Positions 27,317-32,000 of a stretch of 32,000 nucleotides of DNA are shown piece by piece. Source of the DNA: Longivirga aurantiaca (GTDB taxonomy: Bacteria > Actinomycetota > Actinomycetes > S36-B12 > CAIYMF01); contig NZ_JBHSTI010000008.1 of assembly GCF_042660085.1 (NCBI RefSeq), positions 1,539,876-1,571,875 on the forward strand, read 5' to 3'. Each line of letters begins with the position of its first letter. The first letter of the stretch is position 1. Under the pieces are notes generated by a model. It ran no database searches. It was given only the letters and a program-made list of their open reading frames with translations, and was not told the DNA's origin. A program made the position numbers and the translations under genes.

Positions 27317-28545
27317 CGGCCGGCGTCGTCGCTCGACGCACCCGTCCGCACGACCTCCTCGTAGCAGTCGACGAAGTCCGGGATGAGCTGGTCGAGAACG
27401 CCGGCGTGGGCGGGCGACACCATCACGTGCAGCCCAGGCTCGCCGCCGTTCGTGCCCGTGAGGCGGTTGAGCCACCAGCCCTTGGCCTCCATGAGGTCGG
27501 CCACGGCGTACAGCGAGACGTCCGGCCGCTCCGAGCGCCACGACAGGATCGTGCCCACCGGGGCACCGTTCACCACCACGCCGTCGCACGTCTCGAAGCC
27601 GGCACGGATCCGGCCCCCCGTGTCGAGCATCGATGCGACCATCTGCTCGAAGCCCGCGCGACCCAGGTGCTGCAGCACCGCCCACGCCGCGATGACGGGC
27701 GCCGCCGACTTCGCGCCGGCGACTGCGGGGGAGCCGTAGAGGCCTGCCGGCCACTGGTCGTACACGAACCACTGGTGGCCGGCCCAGTCGCCGTCGCGGT
27801 GCAGCACGACCGAGCAGCCCTTGGGCACGAAGCCGTACTTGTGCAGGTCGACCGACATGCTCGTGACGCCGGGCACGGAGAAGTCCCACGGCCGCACGGG
27901 ATCCGGGAGGAAGGGCAGCACCATGCCGCCGACGCACGCGTCGACGTGGCAGCCCGCACCGGACTCCGCCGCGATCGCGGCGACGGCAGCCACGTCGTCC
28001 AGCACGCCGTGCGGGTAGGAGAACGCGGATGCCACCACGAGCGCGGTCCGCTCGTCGACCAGGCCGCGCAGGGCGTCGAGATCGGCGGTGAGGGACCGGG
28101 GGTCGAGCGGCGCCTGCCGGTAGTCGAGGTCGAGGAAGTGCGCGGCCTTCGCGTACGCCGGGTGCGCGGACGCCGGTGCCACGACGACGGGGCGGGCCAC
28201 GCCCCTCGCGCGTGCCCGCTGACGGGCGACCAGCACCGCCATGAGGATCGACTCGGTGCCGCCGGACGTCGTGCTGCCGCCACCTCCGGACGGCAGCCCC
28301 ACGAGCCCGGACACCTCCCGCACGACCTCCTCGGCGAGCCGCGACTGCTCGGGGAAGCGGAAGGGGTTCAGCGCGTTGCTGTAGAGCAGGCGGTCGTGCA
28401 CGGCGTGCGTGAGCCGCTCGAGCTCACGGTCGCCGGTGGGATAGGTCAGACCGAACAGGTGCGCCCCGTGCGGGTCCGGATCCTTGCCGCGCGCAGCATC
28501 GAGCTCGGCGAGCACGTCGTCGACGGGGCGTCCCTCTGTGTCCAC
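27307..28545 (-). CDS. PLP-dependent decarboxylase family protein, sphingosine-1-phosphate lyase-like
   Basis: GGGGSTTSGGTESILMAVL, CHVDACVGGMVLPF, SMSVDLHKYGFVPKGCSVVL, with K in HK as the predicted Schiff-base lysine. Confidence 0.87.
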   Translation of the reverse strand: MDTEGRPVDDVLAELDAARGKDPDPHGAHLFGLTYPTGDRELERLTHAVHDRLLYSNALNPFRFPEQSRLAEEVVREVSGLVGLPSGGGGSTTSGGTESILMAVLVARQRARARGVARPVVVAPASAHPAYAKAAHFLDLDYRQAPLDPRSLTADLDALRGLVDERTALVVASAFSYPHGVLDDVAAVAAIAAESGAGCHVDACVGGMVLPFLPDPVRPWDFSVPGVTSMSVDLHKYGFVPKGCSVVLHRDGDWAGHQWFVYDQWPAGLYGSPAVAGAKSAAPVIAAWAVLQHLGRAGFEQMVASMLDTGGRIRAGFETCDGVVVNGAPVGTILSWRSERPDVSLYAVADLMEAKGWWLNRLTGTNGGEPGLHVMVSPAHAGVLDQLIPDFVDCYEEVVRTGASSDDAGRYA

Positions 28546-28563
28546 GACTGGCAGGCTACGACG

Positions 28564-29145
28564 ATGACCGCCATCAGGGGACGCATCGTGGTGCTCCGGC
28601 ACGCCGAGACGTCCTGGAGCAGGGACGGCCGGCACACCGGGCGCACCGACGTGCCTCTGACGCCGGAGGGGGAGGAGGCGGCGCGCGCCGCTGCGGCACG
28701 GATCGCGGCCTTCGCGCCCGGCCTCGTTCTCACCAGCCCGTTGCTGCGGGCCCGGCGGACGGCTGAGCTCGCGGGCCTGTCGGCAGAGGTCGAGCCCGAC
28801 CTGCTCGAGTGGGACTACGGCGTGTACGAGGGCCGCACGACCCAGGGCATCAAGGACGACCTCGGCGACCCGGCGTGGAGCGTGTGGACCACGCTCGACG
28901 GGCTGGGGGAGCCGGTCGACGACGTCGGCGCGCGGGCCGCGCGCGTGCTGACGCGGTGCCAGCCCGTCGTCGAGTCGGGGGAGGACGTCGTGCTCGTCGC
29001 GCACGCGCACCTGCTGCGGATACTGACCGCCGTGCACCTCGGACTGCCCGCGATCGACGGACGCTCGTTCGTGCTTCCACCGGCCGGCATCGGCGTGCTC
29101 GGCTGGGAGCGCAGCACCCGCGCCTTGCTCGGCTGGGGGCTCTGA
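28564..29145 (+). CDS. Histidine phosphatase (phosphoglycerate mutase-like) family protein
   Basis: VVLRHAETSWSRDGRHTGRTDVPLTPEGEEAA, LLEWDYGVYEGRTT, VVLVAHAHLLRIL. Confidence 0.93.
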   Translation: MTAIRGRIVVLRHAETSWSRDGRHTGRTDVPLTPEGEEAARAAAARIAAFAPGLVLTSPLLRARRTAELAGLSAEVEPDLLEWDYGVYEGRTTQGIKDDLGDPAWSVWTTLDGLGEPVDDVGARAARVLTRCQPVVESGEDVVLVAHAHLLRILTAVHLGLPAIDGRSFVLPPAGIGVLGWERSTRALLGWGL

Positions 29146-29154
29146 CGAACGACG

Positions 29155-29460
29155 TCAGCCGCGCGCAGCGGTCAGCGCAGCCCCCGTGGCGAAGGCGCCG
29201 ACGAAGGCCCCGGCCGCGCTGCTGATGGGGTTGTCGATGAACGGCAGCCACGCCAGGAGGAATGTCCCGGTGCCGACGACGGCGCCGCACACGACTCCGG
29301 CGACCACGCCGGTGCGCAGCGCCCGTCCCCAGCGCCCGGGGGTCGCCTTCGTCGTGGCCACCTCCTTCGCCGAGGCGGCCGCGGCCGGCGCGGCGGGCTT
29401 CCCGGACATGGTCGACTCGACCTCGCGCAGCAGCCGGTCGAGCTCGTCGTCACCACTCAT
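29155..29460 (-). CDS. Hypothetical small membrane protein
   Basis: 101 aa, MSGDDELDRLLREVEST..., with two predicted hydrophobic segments. Confidence 0.7.
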   Translation of the reverse strand: MSGDDELDRLLREVESTMSGKPAAPAAAASAKEVATTKATPGRWGRALRTGVVAGVVCGAVVGTGTFLLAWLPFIDNPISSAAGAFVGAFATGAALTAARG

Positions 29461-29544
29461 GGGGCCATTGTCCGTCGAGCCGCCCCGATCGGCGCGCCGT
29501 CGTCCGGATTCCTCAGGGACGGACGGGCACGTACCCTGGCGCGC

Positions 29545-30801
29545 ATGCTGCGACCCGCCCACCGCTCGGTGCGCCTCCTCGCCGTGGCCGCCGCGACCGC
29601 CGTGGCGCTCACGGCGTGCGGCACCGGCGATCAGGCGCCCGACGGTGCCGCGTCCGCGTCCGCCTCGGCGCCGTCGGACCACGGCACGGACGGCACGGAC
29701 GGCGCGCACGACACCGGCACCCCCAGCCCGCCGGCGTCGCCGTCACCGCTGCGCGCCGGCGAGGAGTTCGTGACCGTCGGCGTGGCCGACGACCTCCCCG
29801 GCGGGCGCTACGTGCCCGATGCGCCCGAGGGCAGCACCGACGACTACCGCTGCTTCCTCGCCGACCCGGGCCTCACGAGCGACGCGTTCGTGACGGGCGT
29901 CCAGTTCCTCCCGGCCAACCCCGCCGTGGTCCACCACTCCATCGTGTTCCGCGTCGAGCCCGACCAGGTCGGTGCCGCGCTCGAGAAGGACGCCGAGGAC
30001 GAGCGGCCGGGCTGGGAGTGCTTCGGCGGTCCGGGCCTGCCGTCGAAGAGCCGGAACGTGATGGACGGCCTCGACGCGGCACCCTGGCTCGCGGGCTGGG
30101 CACCCGGCGGTCGGGAGAACCTGTTCGCGGACGAGGTCGGCGTACCCCTGTCGGCCGGGAGCCAGGTCGTCATCCAGATGCACTACAACCTGCGCGTGGC
30201 CACCGGCGATGCCGCGGCCGACAACACGCAGGTGCGGCTGCGGACGTCGTCCCGCACCGACCTCGAGCCGCTGCGCACGACGCTCCTGCCGGCGCCGGTC
30301 GAGCTCCCGTGCGCCGAGGGCCAGTCCGGCCCGCTGTGCTCGCGCGGCAGCTCCGTCGCGGACGTCGTACGCCGGTTCGGCCAGGGATCGATGCGCACGA
30401 TCGGCGGCCTGCAGCTGCTGTGCGACGGCGACCCGTTCGCACCGAAGGCCGGGGCCACCCAGAGCTGCGTGCGGAAGGTCAGGGCACCCGAGACGGTGCG
30501 CGCGGCAGCGGGCCACATGCACCTGCTCGGCAAGAGCATCACGATCGTCGCCAACGAGGGCACCAGCCGCGAGCGCACGCTGCTCGACATCCCGGTGTGG
30601 GACTTCGACGACCAGTCCGCGCGCCCGCTCGACACCCCGGTGGCGCTGAAGCCGGGCGACACGATCACGGTGACGTGCACGCACGACGCCGCGCTGCGCG
30701 ACCAGCTGCCCTCCCTGCAGGACGTGCCGGACCGCTACGTGGTCTGGGGCGAGGGCACCACCGACGAGATGTGCCTCGGCATCCTGCTGGTCACGGACTG
30801 A
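29545..30801 (+). CDS. Lipoprotein resembling copper type II ascorbate-dependent monooxygenase (PHM/DBM-like)
   Basis: Lipobox LTAC; VVHHS, IQMHYN, GHMHLLG and GTTDEMC correspond in order to the CuH and CuM ligand motifs of PHM. Confidence 0.8.
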   Translation: MLRPAHRSVRLLAVAAATAVALTACGTGDQAPDGAASASASAPSDHGTDGTDGAHDTGTPSPPASPSPLRAGEEFVTVGVADDLPGGRYVPDAPEGSTDDYRCFLADPGLTSDAFVTGVQFLPANPAVVHHSIVFRVEPDQVGAALEKDAEDERPGWECFGGPGLPSKSRNVMDGLDAAPWLAGWAPGGRENLFADEVGVPLSAGSQVVIQMHYNLRVATGDAAADNTQVRLRTSSRTDLEPLRTTLLPAPVELPCAEGQSGPLCSRGSSVADVVRRFGQGSMRTIGGLQLLCDGDPFAPKAGATQSCVRKVRAPETVRAAAGHMHLLGKSITIVANEGTSRERTLLDIPVWDFDDQSARPLDTPVALKPGDTITVTCTHDAALRDQLPSLQDVPDRYVVWGEGTTDEMCLGILLVTD

Positions 30802-30826
30802 GCACGGGGGAGTCGGCAGTCCGCCA

Positions 30827-30849
30827 GAACGCTAGAGGGTCTAGCGTTC
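30827..30849. promoter_or_regulatory. Putative operator palindrome upstream of the MFS gene
   Basis: GAACGCTAGA-GGG-TCTAGCGTTC, perfect 10-bp arms; ends 4 nt before the GTG start and overlaps a putative -10 TAGCGT (30842-30847). Confidence 0.7.
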
Positions 30850-30853
30850 AGGT

Positions 30854-32000
30854 GTGACCGACCAGGGGACGACGACGAGCGCGCCGACCACCGACGCACC
30901 TCGCACGAGCTGGGTGCCGATGCTGTTCATCGGCCTCGGCACGGCGATGTTCATCATGGACGCGACGATCGTCAACGTCTCGCTCCCGTCCATCATCCGC
31001 GACCTCGGGATCTCCTCGGTCGACGCCGAGTGGGTCAACGCGGTCTACGCGCTCGTCTTCGCGGCGCTCCTGATCATCGCCGGCCGGGTGGGGGACCGGG
31101 TCGGCCGTCGCCTGGTCTTCATCATCGGCGCCATCGTGTTCGGCGTCGCCAGCGTCATCGCCGCCCGCACCGGCGACGGCACGGCCCTCATCGCCGCCCG
31201 CGCGCTCCAGGGTGTCGGCGGCGCGATGATGTCGCCCGCCTCGCTGTCGCTGGTGAACTCGATCTACGTCGGCCGCGCGCGGCTGGTCGCGTTCGCGATC
31301 TACGGCTCGATCATCGGAGGCATGGCGGCGATCGGGCCGCTGCTCGGCGGCTGGCTCACCGAGAACCACTCCTGGCGCTGGGCGTTCTACATCAACGTCC
31401 CGATCGTCATCCTCATCGTCGTCGGGTCGCTGCTGAAGGTGCCGGAGAGCAAGGACGAGCACATCGAGAAGGGCTTCGACCTCCTCGGCGCGGCCCTGTC
31501 CGCCGTCGGCATCGGCGCCCTCGTCTTCGGCCTCATCGAGGGCCGCAACTACGGCTGGATCCGCACGACGCGCGAGATGACGTTCGCGAACATCACCATC
31601 CCCGAGGGCTCCATCTCGCCCGTGCTGTGGGCCTTCCTGGTCTCGCTCGTGGGCATCCTCCTGCTGCTCCTCGTCGAGAGCCGGCGCTCCCGCGCGGGAA
31701 AGGTCGTGCTCCTCGACCTCCGGCTCTTCCGCATCACGACCTTCAGCCTGGGCAGCTTCGCCGGCCTCATCGTGAGCCTGGGGGAGTTCGGGATCCTGTT
31801 CTCGCTCCCGCTCTTCCTGCAGAGCGTCCTCGGCTACACGGCCTTCGGAGCGGGCGCGATGCTCGCGACACTGGCGATCGGCGCGTTCCTCGCGGGTCCG
31901 ACGTCCGCGCAGATGGCGCAACGGCGGTCGCCGCGCTTCGTCGCCCGCCTCGGCATGGGGCTCGAGGCGATCGCCATCCTCGGGCTCGGGCTCACGCTGT
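30854..32000 (+). CDS. MFS transporter, DHA2-like, truncated by window end (absent from the supplied ORF track)
   Basis: Manual translation: VTDQGTTTSAPTTDAPRTSWVPMLFIGLGTAMFIMDATIVNVSLPSIIRDLGISSVDAEWVNAVYALVFAALLIIAGRVGDRVGRRLVFIIGAIVFG...; no stop before 32000. Confidence 0.92.
   Translation, partial: MTDQGTTTSAPTTDAPRTSWVPMLFIGLGTAMFIMDATIVNVSLPSIIRDLGISSVDAEWVNAVYALVFAALLIIAGRVGDRVGRRLVFIIGAIVFGVASVIAARTGDGTALIAARALQGVGGAMMSPASLSLVNSIYVGRARLVAFAIYGSIIGGMAAIGPLLGGWLTENHSWRWAFYINVPIVILIVVGSLLKVPESKDEHIEKGFDLLGAALSAVGIGALVFGLIEGRNYGWIRTTREMTFANITIPEGSISPVLWAFLVSLVGILLLLLVESRRSRAGKVVLLDLRLFRITTFSLGSFAGLIVSLGEFGILFSLPLFLQSVLGYTAFGAGAMLATLAIGAFLAGPTSAQMAQRRSPRFVARLGMGLEAIAILGLGLTL

Noticed and set aside
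26974-29145. 723-aa plus-strand ORF
   Set aside because: Most is antisense to the PLP decarboxylase; the histidine phosphatase begins at ATG 28564.

Overview
High-GC actinobacterial chromosome segment, probably Nocardioidaceae/Aeromicrobium-like (taxonomy is inferred from family content, not tested). It is mostly ordinary core genome, densely packed on both strands. Contents from left to right: ABC-F ATPase, small HTH protein, enoyl-CoA hydratase, YkuD-type L,D-transpeptidase, ABC exporter, lipoprotein, DUF1801, SDR, SURF1, MoaA, DUF3099, dodecin, GNAT, TldE/TldD pair, quinone oxidoreductase, MabA/InhA-type FabG and enoyl reductase, K+ channel with TrkA domain, SixA-like phosphatase, YCII protein, DUF222/HNH gene, orphan lipoprotein, SerB, conserved hypothetical, ABC ATPase, NfeD, SPFH, TSUP permease, SpoU/TrmH methyltransferase, PLP decarboxylase, histidine phosphatase, small membrane protein, PHM-like copper monooxygenase lipoprotein, and a truncated MFS transporter that the ORF track omits. 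The most accessory-looking stretch is about 18.7-21.35 kb: a DUF222/HNH gene with a His-rich insertion, a long hairpin upstream, inverted repeats downstream, and an orphan lipoprotein. I see no clear new defence or biosynthetic system and no CRISPR, tRNA, rRNA or canonical transposase. The best second-look items are the DUF222/HNH locus, a nested-hairpin intergenic region at 10.9-11.07 kb, a probable CTG start coupled by a CTGA overlap, a recurrent TANNNT-to-start-codon arrangement suggesting leaderless transcription, a 10-bp-arm operator-like palindrome before the MFS gene, and a bacterial lipoprotein that appears to keep the full PHM copper-ligand set.
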